From contig JBEPZY010000001.1 of NCBI GenBank assembly GCA_041640595.1, positions 992,001-1,056,000 of the forward strand: a stretch of DNA of 64,000 nt, in the 5' to 3' direction. This stretch comes from Gemmatales bacterium (GTDB taxonomy: Bacteria > Planctomycetota > Planctomycetia > Gemmatales > HRBIN36). Below, one piece after another: positions 39,109 to 49,540 of the stretch (the stretch's first letter is position 1; every line of letters begins with the position of its first letter). The notes beneath the pieces were generated by a model that was not told the origin of the DNA, did no database searches, and saw nothing but the letters and a program-made list of their open reading frames with translations. The position numbers were made by a program, and so were the translations under genes.

Positions 39109-39621
39109 CTAAGGCAAATCTATGAGTTCGGCAATGCCGAGCCGGGCCAGTTCACGTCCAAACAAAAATTGCCCCTGACGCACCCATTCGCGAATGTGGT
39201 GCTGGTGTGGTTCAAACAAGCGGGCCAGCAATCCGTCCATGTCTTCTTCCATGCGAACGAAATGCTGGGCCCATTGCCGCGCTTCATCGGCCATGATGCG
39301 GCGATCGCTTTGCCAGCGCATCCGGTGAAAGAAAAAGACACTGTGAGGAGTTACCAGTCGGCGAACTGCACCACCAAAAATAAGCAAGCATGCTGAGGAA
39401 CATTCTCCCAGCACTACAATACTCGCCTGCACTTTCCGCAGCCGCAACAGCGATAAAACCGCTAATGCGCCATAGACCGAACCGCCTGGCGAATCCATGT
39501 ACAGGGTACACTCGCCGCCCACCGGCAAATCCAGCAAAAATCGAATGGCGTCCGCTTCCCAGTCTTCAACGTCGCCGACCAGAGCAATTTCGTTACTGTC
39601 TTTTTTGCTGCGTCGTGGCAT
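39109..39621 (-). CDS. Divergent ClpP-family protease subunit
   Basis: LYMDSPGGSVYG, GECSSA (Ser) and FFFHR (His) motifs; only 170 aa. Confidence 0.8.
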   Translation of the reverse strand: MPRRSKKDSNEIALVGDVEDWEADAIRFLLDLPVGGECTLYMDSPGGSVYGALAVLSLLRLRKVQASIVVLGECSSACLLIFGGAVRRLVTPHSVFFFHRMRWQSDRRIMADEARQWAQHFVRMEEDMDGLLARLFEPHQHHIREWVRQGQFLFGRELARLGIAELIDLP

Positions 39622-39879
39622 TTTCGGCCCTCGTTGCCCAATCCCGAGCGGGAGACCAGCGTTCTGCAGCCAGGGAAAATGTACCGACCACCTTTGACAC
39701 CGGCACAGGAAAGCGAATTATAACAGTCCCGATAGCACACGCCTAGACGAACCCGACCAGCCACGGCGAGAGCAGCGTTTACACAAGTCGGAAAAAGTGG
39801 CGGCGGGACTTGCATCTCCCCTGACGGGTTTGCTAGCATAATATTAGTTATGATGGCGAAGCTGCTCAAGGAGAAAACT

Positions 39880-40461
39880 ATGCGCGGGCAAACCATGTGG
39901 GCAATGCTGCTGGCATGTGGGCTGATGGTGTTTTTCCAGCAAGGCGTTTACGGGCAGGAAGAGGAACCCGTTAACCGACGTAAATTCGACAAGCCACAGG
40001 AAAAGCCTTCAGAGGTGAAGCTCGTCCCTGCCGGTAGCGTTACTGGCAGGATTTCCAAGGTAGGGGAAGACGGCCGCACGCTTACCCTTACCGTCACCTT
40101 CCGTGTGCAGGAACCCAACCCCGGCGCGAATCCCGCTGACCCGCGCACTTATTTCCGCTGGGTGGAACGCCATCAGGAAATTGATTACATCCTGGCGGAG
40201 GATGTGAAAGTGCGGCTACCACCGCCAGCTCCGTATCAGGTGGATGAAAAAGGTAAGCCTGTCTTCAAACCGTTCAAACCCGACCCCAAAAACGATCCGG
40301 ACTATCGGTTGGGTGGTGTCAAAGGAGAAGTAAAGGATTTGACTAGCGGGATGATGGTGACACTGGAATTGAAACGTGCCATCGTGCCGGGTAAACCGAT
40401 TAATCAGGCTCCGATCTACGCCACCGTTGTAAAAGTGATCGCCAATCCGACGGGACAGTAA
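39880..40461 (+). CDS. Secreted hypothetical protein
   Basis: AAGGAG SD, signal peptide, beta-rich body. Confidence 0.75.
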   Translation: MRGQTMWAMLLACGLMVFFQQGVYGQEEEPVNRRKFDKPQEKPSEVKLVPAGSVTGRISKVGEDGRTLTLTVTFRVQEPNPGANPADPRTYFRWVERHQEIDYILAEDVKVRLPPPAPYQVDEKGKPVFKPFKPDPKNDPDYRLGGVKGEVKDLTSGMMVTLELKRAIVPGKPINQAPIYATVVKVIANPTGQ

Positions 40462-40654
40462 ATCGCGCTGTTCCCGAAGCGTGGCACGTTGACTGAGCTT
40501 AGCGCGGCAGCATCCCCATATCGGTTTCGTCCGGTGTGACCGTCAGGAGAAAAATTCTGTGCCTGGTCGGAATATCGCGTCCCGATAGCAAACATAACGG
40601 TAATCTAGGTGCAATCTCCTGCACGTTGATCGGAGTTCCGGGCGAGTCAGGCCG

Positions 40655-41179
40655 ATGACCTGTTCAGCAATACAGGCTGCCATCGCAACTGTGTTTGAAT
40701 GTGGTTGGTCGCTAGCTACTCAAAACACACCGGAAACAGTCAGAAACGCCGCACGGGGGAAACTCATGCGCATCACTCAGCCGCGTGGAGGCATACAGCT
40801 TAGCACACCTGGAATGAGCCGTATGTCCACACGATTCTCGGGCCGGACGGTATCAATTGCCTGCTTTCTGAAAACTCTGCTTCTAGCCGGCGTATGGTTC
40901 TGCAGCACGAAAGATGGATCGGCACAGGACCTCCTGCATCCGTGGCAGAATTTCCACCCGCCTATTCCGATCCAGAGCTTCTACTGGTACCGTTGCCCGT
41001 ACGGCTTTCGGGGTCCGCATGACCGTCCCTGTCAGCCGGCCAACGGCGTGGGCCCACCCCCGTTGATTATTCCACCCTGTTGCGGATTCCATCCCATTAC
41101 AGGCGAACCCATCCTGTACACCTGGCATCTGTACGCCCGCAGTCCACGCGATTACTTCATGCTGACGCCGATACGTTAG
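40655..41179 (+). CDS. Hypothetical secreted Pro/Cys-rich protein (true start probably downstream)
   Basis: Signal-like segment then Pro/Cys-rich region ending HLYARSPRDYFM. Confidence 0.55.
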   Translation: MTCSAIQAAIATVFECGWSLATQNTPETVRNAARGKLMRITQPRGGIQLSTPGMSRMSTRFSGRTVSIACFLKTLLLAGVWFCSTKDGSAQDLLHPWQNFHPPIPIQSFYWYRCPYGFRGPHDRPCQPANGVGPPPLIIPPCCGFHPITGEPILYTWHLYARSPRDYFMLTPIR

Positions 41180-41716
41180 GCTCTCCGCAACAACCAACGG
41201 TTGCCATCGTTTTCGCCGGCTGAGATACCCAACCGCGACACTTTTTAGACAGCGAATGAGCTGGCAGCGACTAAAGCGGCCTTCTAGTCGGCTGAGCTAT
41301 TGCCCAAAAAGAATCACCGACCAATCCTATCGCGATGCCAAGTAGCGGAAAGGGAAAGCGAGACACCGGATTCCCACGTTCTACAGGTTTGAGCGTGGCC
41401 ACGTTTTGGTTGTCACTACAGGGACACGCGAGCGAAACCCTTTCTGCGATCCGGTGGCGACCAGGCAACGGTTCGCAAAGGCCGGTGACCGACTATAATG
41501 GCTCCTAGGAAGGTCAACCGATTGGCGCGACTCGCAGCCGGCCCGCGAAATCGAAGCATTAGTTGGTTCCTGTCGATAAAGCCGATTCCATCATACCTGG
41601 ACAATCGTGTAGCAAACAACGAAAGGAACCACCAGTCGTTATCAGGTCGGCTGACGAGTTCGGGCAACCCGGTCGGGAATTGCGATTCTCTCGATGCTGG
41701 AACGTGGCCAACGGTT

Positions 41717-42427
41717 ATGCAGAACTCGGCCCGCTTTTACGGACCACTGGAGCCATGCGGTTATTTGCCGGAGCAAATCTGGCGCCTGGAATATGAGTTT
41801 GTCAACCGCTTAACTCCGCAAGAGTATCAGGACCGCTTGGAAAGCGGCTGGCGACGCTTTGGGCGATCTCTATTTCGGAACCGCTGTCCGCAGTGTCATG
41901 CCTGTCAATCTTTGCGGGTGCTGGTCGAGGAATTTCGGCCCAACCGCAGTCAGCGCCGCGCCGCTCGAGCCAATCGTGATGCCACGCGTCGGGTCATTAC
42001 CACGCCGTCCATTTCGCGGGCAAAACTTGAGCTTTACCGCCGTTTCCACGCCTTTCAAGCGCGGGAAAAAGGTTGGCCGCAACTCGAAGATTCCGGTTAT
42101 TTCGCCTACATTGCTTCCTTTGTTGAAAATCCGCTGCCCACGGAAGAGTGGCAGTATTACCGTGACGAGCATCTGATCGGCGTGGGCTACGTGGACGTTG
42201 TGCCCCACGGATTGTCCGCGATCTACTTTTTTTACGACCCGGACTACCGCCGGTATTCGCCGGGCACATGGAACATCCTGTCGTTGATTGAGGAAGCCAA
42301 ACAACGGGGCATGGCTTACGTGTACCTGGGTTATTACGTGCGGGGATGCCGTTCCCTGGAGTATAAGGCTAACTTTCGCCCCTGCGAAATTCTCCGCCCT
42401 GGGGGATATTGGGAGCGTTTGGACTAA
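41717..42427 (+). CDS. Arginyl-tRNA-protein transferase / Asp-Glu leucyltransferase (Ate/Bpt)
   Basis: PCGYLP, GWRRFG, CPQCHAC, SAIYFFYDP and YLGYYVRGC.SLEYK motifs. Confidence 0.92.
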   Translation: MQNSARFYGPLEPCGYLPEQIWRLEYEFVNRLTPQEYQDRLESGWRRFGRSLFRNRCPQCHACQSLRVLVEEFRPNRSQRRAARANRDATRRVITTPSISRAKLELYRRFHAFQAREKGWPQLEDSGYFAYIASFVENPLPTEEWQYYRDEHLIGVGYVDVVPHGLSAIYFFYDPDYRRYSPGTWNILSLIEEAKQRGMAYVYLGYYVRGCRSLEYKANFRPCEILRPGGYWERLD

Positions 42428-43371
42428 TCTGGTTCTGGCGCCGTAGCTTCCACCAGGAGCCAATCTCCTTGCCCCACCAGCGGCGCCAGACTGGCAGCCA
42501 GCCAATTCCGAACCCGGCACGTTCGCCACCATTGCCACCAGCGCGCAAGCAACGGTCGAGGATTCGAGCAGCACCATTCTCGCCATCGGCGTGCAGATGC
42601 TTCCAGCCAATCCAGACACCCGTAAGTACGCACCCGGCGAATGCGCCACCCGGCAGCCTGCAAGAGCTGAGTAAGCGACCCGACAGTGAAATGCACCCGG
42701 CGGTAAGGCAAGTCCAAACCCCGCCACAGTCCTCCGTACTTTCGCAAACCTTGCCCGGCCAGATTCGGCACCAGTAGCAACAACCGTCCATCTGGGTGCA
42801 ACAAATTTCGCCAGCTGGCGAGAACCGGCGGAACTTCAGGCTGTCGTTCCAGCCAATCTGCGCAGGTAATGCAGGTGATTTGGTTCCGGTACAGCGCTAC
42901 CAGGTCGTCGAGGCTGCCAAACACCGCATATCCGCCAGCCAGCCACCAGGATTCGGGAACCTCGCAGGGCCGCGCTTTCCACAACATCACCCGCCAGCCA
43001 AGCCGGCTTGCCCAGCGTGGCCAAACGGGGTCAGCCAATCCGAAATGCACAAGTAATTGCCCGCGTCGTTCGGCCCGACCGAGTCCTGTTTTGAGAATGG
43101 CCGTCGCCCCAGCTGCGGCAATAAAATCGCTCACCGGTTCACCAGCCATCTCGGGCAGCCCGGCAGGCAGCGGATTGGTGTACCACACGCGGCACCGGTT
43201 GCACAACGCCACAGCGTAAATCCTTTGCTCGGAGTCATTCCAGCCGGGACCTTGCAATACAGGCTGAGAATCTTCACTGCCGCAAACCGGACAGGGAACA
43301 TCTATCCAGACGTTGCCGGAAGGGGCAGCTTTTACCGAAGGTATTTCCAGTAGATGGTAATTGGCGATCAT
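42424..43371 (-). CDS. Zinc-ribbon + degenerate class I methyltransferase-like protein
   Basis: CPVC..CNRC; LLHPDGRLLLLVPN; WRGLDLP..VHFT; canonical D-x-G-x-G-x-G absent. Confidence 0.65.
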   Translation of the reverse strand: MIANYHLLEIPSVKAAPSGNVWIDVPCPVCGSEDSQPVLQGPGWNDSEQRIYAVALCNRCRVWYTNPLPAGLPEMAGEPVSDFIAAAGATAILKTGLGRAERRGQLLVHFGLADPVWPRWASRLGWRVMLWKARPCEVPESWWLAGGYAVFGSLDDLVALYRNQITCITCADWLERQPEVPPVLASWRNLLHPDGRLLLLVPNLAGQGLRKYGGLWRGLDLPYRRVHFTVGSLTQLLQAAGWRIRRVRTYGCLDWLEASARRWREWCCSNPRPLLARWWQWWRTCRVRNWLAASLAPLVGQGDWLLVEATAPEPD

Positions 43372-43632
43372 GCGCTGGGTCCTGGCAGTTCCACTAACCC
43401 TTAAAGCCAGTGGTTTGGCAGCTTGTTTGCATCCTGGCTGATATCCTCTCCCCGCACGCTGCTAGTTGGTTTGCCAGTAAAGGTCGGCAACACGCTTTGC
43501 TCGTTTGAGTGCCGCGTAGTCCGGCTCAACCGGTATACCTATTTGTTCCTGGCCTGGTCAATAGAAGATGCCAGGTGCCTGGCCGCATCAAAATCGCTAT
43601 CATATTCGCACCATACCTGGGGAGATCAGCTT

Positions 43633-44661
43633 ATGAATGCAAAGTGGTTGGTGACCGGAGCCACAGGCTTTATCGGCAGCCACGTCGCCGAGACCGTGGC
43701 GGGACAAGGAAAGCCAGTTGTGGCTTTAGTCCGACCCGGTAGCGATGCGAGTTGGCTGGAATCGCTCGGCGTGGAGGTTGTACGCGGCGATCTGTTTGAT
43801 GCGAAAGCTCTCGAACAGGCATGCGAGTCGGTGGCAGTGATCGTGCATTGTGCGGCACGGGTAGGCGACTGGGGGCCCGTCGAAGAATATCGCCAGGTCA
43901 ACGTCGAGGGACTACGCCATCTGCTCGAGGTAGCGCGGAAAGTACCGCTTCAGCGGTTCATTCATCTGAGCAGTCTGGGGGTTTACGAAGCCCGCGACCA
44001 TTACGGTACTGATGAGTCGGAGCCATTGCCCACTCGGCACATGGATGGTTACACCCAGACGAAAGTGGAAGCCGAGCAATTAGTGCGGCTCTATCACCAA
44101 CAGTATGGCCTGCCAGCGGTGATTTTGCGTCCCGGTTTCGTCTATGGTGCTCGCGATCGCACCGTGTTACCGCGATTGCTCCAGGCCCTCGAAAAGAAAC
44201 AGGTACGCTATCTCGGCAGCGGCGAACAGCGGATGAACACCATTTATGTCGGCAACCTGGTGCAGGCCATCCTGCTGGCCGCCGAGAAAAAAGAAGCCGT
44301 TGGCCAGACCTATAACCTCACGGACGGCGATGAGGTGACCAAACGCCGCTTCTTTGAAACCCTGGCGCAGGTTGCAGGTTTGCCGCCTCCGCAGGGAAGT
44401 GTACCGCGCTGGCTGGCACGTATCTTAGCTGCGGGCATGGAAACCTGGGCACGCTGGCGAGGTGAAACCCAACCGCCTAAACTGACCCGCGCCCGCGTCA
44501 AGTTCCTCGGCTTGAATCTGCATTTTTCCATTGACAAAGCTCGACGCGAACTCGGCTACCAACCTGAACCGGCTTTGGAAAAAGGGCTGCAGGAAGCCGT
44601 TACCTGGTATCGCCAGCATTCAGCTCATGCGGCGACACCTGCGCTGGCACAGACCTCCTGA
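43633..44661 (+). CDS. NAD-dependent epimerase/dehydratase (extended SDR)
   Basis: LVTGATGFIG, YTQTK and ILRPGFVYG motifs. Confidence 0.92.
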   Translation: MNAKWLVTGATGFIGSHVAETVAGQGKPVVALVRPGSDASWLESLGVEVVRGDLFDAKALEQACESVAVIVHCAARVGDWGPVEEYRQVNVEGLRHLLEVARKVPLQRFIHLSSLGVYEARDHYGTDESEPLPTRHMDGYTQTKVEAEQLVRLYHQQYGLPAVILRPGFVYGARDRTVLPRLLQALEKKQVRYLGSGEQRMNTIYVGNLVQAILLAAEKKEAVGQTYNLTDGDEVTKRRFFETLAQVAGLPPPQGSVPRWLARILAAGMETWARWRGETQPPKLTRARVKFLGLNLHFSIDKARRELGYQPEPALEKGLQEAVTWYRQHSAHAATPALAQTS

Positions 44662-44715
44662 CATAAAATCGGGATTCCACTCTGCCCTTTGCTCAAGCTC
44701 TGTGGAGAGGTAACC

Positions 44716-45879
44716 ATGACCGACAAGTACACGCCAAAAAAGACCGACAAATTCGCTTTCGGCATCTGGTGCATCCAGAATCGCGGGCGCGACCCCTTCG
44801 GCGACGTGACCCGTCCGGAATTGAGTGTGCGGGAATGCCTGGAAGGATTAGCCAAACGCAACGTTTACGCCTTCGAGTTCCACGACAACGACATCATTCC
44901 TTTCGGAGCTTCAGCCGCGGAGCGCGACCGTTGCATCCGCGAGGTGCGCAAGCTCATGGACGATCTCGGTATCCGCGCCACGGTGATCACGACGAATTTG
45001 TTTTACCATCCCATTTTCAAAGACGGAGCGTTCACGAGCACCGACCCGGCAATCCGCAGTTTCGCGGTGCAGAAGGTCATGCAATGTCTCGATGTTGGTC
45101 ACGAAGTGGGAGCCGAGGTGTACGTCTTCTGGGGTGGCCGCGAAGGCACTGAAGTGGACGCCAGCAAAGACCCGATCACTGCCAACGGCTATTTCCGTGA
45201 CGCCGTCAACTTCTTATGCGAGTACGTGCTTGATAACGGCTACAACATCAAGTTCTCGATCGAACCGAAACCCAATGAGCCTCGCGGCGACCTTTACCTG
45301 CCGACGGTGGGGAGTGTGCTGGCGTTCATCCAGACGCTCGACCATCCGGAGATGGTCGGCACCAACCCGGAAGTCGCCCATATCAAGATGGCCGGGCTCA
45401 ATGTCTATCACGAATTTGCTCAGGCTCTCGACGCCGGCAAGCTGCTCGATGTCCACCTCAACGATCAAAAACCGCTCCGCTTCGACCAGGATTTGAGTTT
45501 TGCCAGCGAAAATCTCAAAGAGGCGTTTTTCCTGGTGAAATTGTTGGTGGACCACGGTTACGATCGCACCATCGGCTTCGACGCTCATCCCTACCGCAGC
45601 GAGGCCGACCCTTGGGATTTCGTCGAACGCAATATGCGCAATTACCTCATCCTCAAGGAAAAGGTGCAGCGCTTCAACGAGGATCGGGAAATCCAGGACC
45701 TGCTCAAGGAAATCCATGGTGCCCACCCCGACTGGGCCGGTGCATTCTCTCGTTACAGCAAAGATGCCGCCACGCGGATCAAAAACGCCGCGTTTGACGT
45801 ACAGGCCTTGACCAGTCGCCGACTTCCTTACGAGCGGCTCGACCAGCTGGTAACGGAGCTGTTACTGGGGGTGCGCTAA
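44716..45879 (+). CDS. xylA: Xylose isomerase (group I-like)
   Basis: GRDPFG, FHDND, FKDGAFT, WGGREG, EPKPNEPRGD, NPEVAH and DQDL motifs. Confidence 0.88.
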   Translation: MTDKYTPKKTDKFAFGIWCIQNRGRDPFGDVTRPELSVRECLEGLAKRNVYAFEFHDNDIIPFGASAAERDRCIREVRKLMDDLGIRATVITTNLFYHPIFKDGAFTSTDPAIRSFAVQKVMQCLDVGHEVGAEVYVFWGGREGTEVDASKDPITANGYFRDAVNFLCEYVLDNGYNIKFSIEPKPNEPRGDLYLPTVGSVLAFIQTLDHPEMVGTNPEVAHIKMAGLNVYHEFAQALDAGKLLDVHLNDQKPLRFDQDLSFASENLKEAFFLVKLLVDHGYDRTIGFDAHPYRSEADPWDFVERNMRNYLILKEKVQRFNEDREIQDLLKEIHGAHPDWAGAFSRYSKDAATRIKNAAFDVQALTSRRLPYERLDQLVTELLLGVR

Positions 45880-45892
45880 GGTCGCAGAAGCT

Positions 45893-46273
45893 ATGAGCCA
45901 GGAAGAAAAATGGCTGGCTTTTGCCTGCCATGTCGGAGGGGCTATCGGCGCTGTTTTACTGGCCAATCTCGGCTTCTTAGTACCGCTTGTCCTGTGGCTA
46001 GCCAAGCGGCAGCAGTCCGCCTTTGTGGATCGACACGGTAAAGAGGCCCTCAATTTCCAGCTCAACATGCTTCTGGCCGGACTGCTGTTGCTCGCATTAC
46101 TTTCCATGTTTCGCGGGAGCATACTGCGCCCATTTCAGATACTGGAATGGCATAACTGGCCGGTATTCAGTCTCCTCTTGGTGCTCAATATCGTGCTCTC
46201 GGTATTGGCCGGAATCGAAGCCTACAACGGCCGGGATTACCGTTATCCGTTCATCGTGCGGCTGATTCGCTAA
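45893..46273 (+). CDS. DUF4870 family membrane protein
   Basis: FVDRHGKEALNFQ and GRDYRYP motifs. Confidence 0.9.
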   Translation: MSQEEKWLAFACHVGGAIGAVLLANLGFLVPLVLWLAKRQQSAFVDRHGKEALNFQLNMLLAGLLLLALLSMFRGSILRPFQILEWHNWPVFSLLLVLNIVLSVLAGIEAYNGRDYRYPFIVRLIR

Positions 46274-46281
46274 ATGCCCGG

Positions 46282-47691
46282 TTAGTGCACGATGACGGTC
46301 TTGACCTCGGTCATTTCGAGGATGGCGTACCGCGGACCTTCTTTGCCCATGCCACTTTCTTTCAATCCGCCGTAGGGCATGAGGTCGGCACGCCACTGGG
46401 GCCCCCAGTTGATGTGAATGTTTCCCGACTCAACTTCCCGAGCAAACCGCAGGGCCCGGTCTATGTTCTGCGTGAAAATGGCAGCACTCAGACCGTACAC
46501 CGTATCGTTGGCCAGTCGGATCGCTTCATCCAGATCGGCAACGGGTGTGACTGCCACCGCCGGGCCAAACAACTCCTCGCAGGAAATTCGCATGGTGGGG
46601 CTGACATCCGCCACGATGGTCGGCGCATAGATTGCGCCACGACGGACACCGCCGGTGATCAGCTTCGCGCCTGCATCCACCGCCTCGCGCACCCATTGTT
46701 CGACGCGAATGGCATCGCGTTCGCGGACCATCGGCCCCATCTGCGTTTGTTCCTGCAAGGGATCGCCCACCCGTAGCGCTTCGACAGCAGGTTTGAGCGC
46801 GTCGAGATAATCGCGGTAAATCTTCCGGTCGGCCAGAACCCGTTGCGTCGAAATGCACACCTGCCCGGCGTTGCTGTAACCAGTAGCGACAGTAGCCCGC
46901 ACCACTTTTTCCATATCGGCATCGTCCATAACAATCAGCGGGGAATTGGAACCCAATTCCATCGTAACTCGTTTCAGACCGGCAATGTGGCAGATGCGTT
47001 CGCCGACGTCCCGGCTGCCGGTGAAGCTAATCTTGCGAACGCGCCGATCGCGGCAGAGCAGCTCGCCAAGCTCGCCACCGGGACCGGTCAAGCACTGAAT
47101 CGCCTCCGGCGGAAAACCGGCCTGCAGGAGAATTTCGCACAGTTTCAGGCTGGAAAGGGGCGTATCGGTGGCGGGTTTGAGGATCACCGCGTTGCCAGCT
47201 GCTAAGGCCGGGCCTACCTTGTGGCAAACCAGCATCAGCGGAAAATTGAAAGGTGTAATCGCCACCACGACCCCGCACGGAACACGCAGGGTGAAACCGA
47301 ACTTCCCCGCTCCTCCTGGGGCCGCATCCAGAGGCAACACTTCGCCGTACAAGCGTTTTGCTTCCTCGGCGGAAAGTTGCATGGTTTGAATTGAACGATT
47401 GACCTCAAAACGGGCCTCGTTGATCGGCTTGCCCTCTTCGAGCGTGATTGTACGGGCCAGGTCTTCCTGCCGCTGTTTCATGAGTTCGACCGCCCGCTGT
47501 AACCGTTCAAAACGCTCCAGAGCCGGCATCTTCCGCATCAACTCCGCGCCACGTTGAGCCGTGCGCAGAGCCAACTCGACATCCTCAGCATCAGCGCGGG
47601 GCACTTCGTCAACCACGCGACCATCATAAGGGTGCACCACGGGAATTTTCTGCGGTTTATCTCGCCATTCTCCGCCCACCAGCATACGCAT
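46282..47691 (-). CDS. Aldehyde dehydrogenase family protein
   Basis: ITPFNFP, FTGS, MELGSN, GQVCIS and EELFGP motifs. Confidence 0.95.
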   Translation of the reverse strand: MRMLVGGEWRDKPQKIPVVHPYDGRVVDEVPRADAEDVELALRTAQRGAELMRKMPALERFERLQRAVELMKQRQEDLARTITLEEGKPINEARFEVNRSIQTMQLSAEEAKRLYGEVLPLDAAPGGAGKFGFTLRVPCGVVVAITPFNFPLMLVCHKVGPALAAGNAVILKPATDTPLSSLKLCEILLQAGFPPEAIQCLTGPGGELGELLCRDRRVRKISFTGSRDVGERICHIAGLKRVTMELGSNSPLIVMDDADMEKVVRATVATGYSNAGQVCISTQRVLADRKIYRDYLDALKPAVEALRVGDPLQEQTQMGPMVRERDAIRVEQWVREAVDAGAKLITGGVRRGAIYAPTIVADVSPTMRISCEELFGPAVAVTPVADLDEAIRLANDTVYGLSAAIFTQNIDRALRFAREVESGNIHINWGPQWRADLMPYGGLKESGMGKEGPRYAILEMTEVKTVIVH

Positions 47692-47998
47692 GGCCCAATC
47701 CTCCCTGTCGGTCAAATGGCTCAAATTCGCATAGTGCGTTTCGCATATTGTAGTGGCTTACACCGTACTTCAGGCGCGAACGCCCGTTGATTGACCCAAT
47801 CTTTTTTCTGGGAGTGCCCCCGGTTCGCGGAAACCGGATAAGTGCCCTCCAAAAAGTAACACAGTGCTCAGGCCAGAGCAAATCACTCGGCCCGGCTCCA
47901 TGATCCTGGACGATAAATTTCACGTGCCTAAGAAAACTTGGTCGGCGTCGTCGTGTATGTCGGAATATGCCTGATTTCGGAGCTTGTGGAGGACGGTC

Positions 47999-49228
47999 AT
48001 GAAGCGAGCCTCTGCATCAGTTATGGCAACCGCTGTGGCAATGTCCTGGCTCATCGTAGCTGGTGGTTTCCCAGTCGCAGCGGGTAAAGACGACGGCCCC
48101 CCTGTCGAGGTGAAAGGCCTTGCCGACTCGCTCAACAAATTCACATGGGACGTTTATCCCAGGTTGAGGAGCAAGCCGGGTAATCACTGTTTTTCTCCCG
48201 TGGCCATAGCCAATTCGCTGACACTCGTAGCAGCAGGTGCCCGTGGCAGAACAGCCGACCAGCTTTTCACTGCGCTTCACCTTAACGACCGCCGCGGAGA
48301 ACGAACGCATGAGGCAATGCGACAATTGAGTGAATGGCTGAAAGTATATAGCGGACAAGCAGGGTGTGAACTGCATCTGGCCGTTGCGTTATGGACTCGC
48401 GGTGAGCGGAACTTGCAACCCGGCTATGTCGAGCTGGGTCGTAAGTTTTATGGGGCTGAGTTTCACCGCCTGGCTCATGACGATCCTCCCGAAAAGCTGC
48501 GACAGCGAATTAACCAGTGGGCCGAGCGCCAAACCAAAGGCAAGATTACGCAATTGCTCGTGGATAACGATCTCGACGCGGGCATTCCTCTGTTACTCAC
48601 CAGTGCCAACTACTTTCAGGCTAACTGGAAGTTTCCTTTTGACCAGCGCCTGACCCAGCAACAGGATTTTGTTACCGACTCCGGCAAAACGGTGCGAGTT
48701 GCTATGATGCACGGCATGTTCTGGCTTCCGTATTATGCAGATGAGCAGGTGCAACTGGTGCTGTTGCCTTATTCGTGTACCGGGCTGAATATGGCCATTC
48801 TGATGCCCAGAGGCAACCAAACTGAGCTGAGCAAGCTCGAGCAATCCTTGCAAAGTGAATCGTTACAACGGTGGCTATCGGGTGCCCAGGTAGATAGAGT
48901 CGACTTATCCTTACCTCGTTTCCAGGTGCAGGGTAGCTATCGTTTGGAACACGTGTTAGCCGAACTCGGTTGCAAAGACGTTTTTACTCTTGGTGTTGCC
49001 GATCTCAGCGGCATCACGGGGAACCGCGACCTGTACGTGGGCCGAATGTGGTATAAGGCATTGACGACCGTCAGCGAACAGGGCACAGAAGCCGCGGCGG
49101 CAACAACTGTCGAATTCAAGGCCGTACCTGTTGCGTTTCGCGTCAACCGACCATTTTTGTTCCTGATAATGGACATCCGCTCGGGTTTGATACTATTCGC
49201 CGGTCGTGTGGTAAACCCGCTGGGTTAG
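47999..49228 (+). CDS. Secreted serpin (serine protease inhibitor)
   Basis: FSP, INQWA..TKGKI, YFQANWKFPF, LPRF, EQGTEAAAAT hinge, NRPFLF and GRVVNP motifs. Confidence 0.95.
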   Translation: MKRASASVMATAVAMSWLIVAGGFPVAAGKDDGPPVEVKGLADSLNKFTWDVYPRLRSKPGNHCFSPVAIANSLTLVAAGARGRTADQLFTALHLNDRRGERTHEAMRQLSEWLKVYSGQAGCELHLAVALWTRGERNLQPGYVELGRKFYGAEFHRLAHDDPPEKLRQRINQWAERQTKGKITQLLVDNDLDAGIPLLLTSANYFQANWKFPFDQRLTQQQDFVTDSGKTVRVAMMHGMFWLPYYADEQVQLVLLPYSCTGLNMAILMPRGNQTELSKLEQSLQSESLQRWLSGAQVDRVDLSLPRFQVQGSYRLEHVLAELGCKDVFTLGVADLSGITGNRDLYVGRMWYKALTTVSEQGTEAAAATTVEFKAVPVAFRVNRPFLFLIMDIRSGLILFAGRVVNPLG

Positions 49229-49540
49229 CAAATTGGTGCAGCCTGGGTGGCACTTTTTAGCATAAACCATTGCCCAACTGCGGCGTTACGGCAGCATGAA
49301 TCAGTATGCTACCGACCTAACCACTCATTCCCAGGGCCAAGCACTTTGATCCCAGGGCGTGAAATCCTCGGCAGCGTTCGCGTATTGATGCAAAGTGCGA
49401 AACAGCTGCCCAGCCATCGGGAAATTTATCAACTTGCCCACAGGTGGCACGTCTCTTGCGAGGAGGCTGGAAGCCCCTGCAAAGTGCAAAGCTAAATGAA
49501 TGCCCGCGGCCGAGTTCGACCGTAAGTTTTGGGGCAATGG

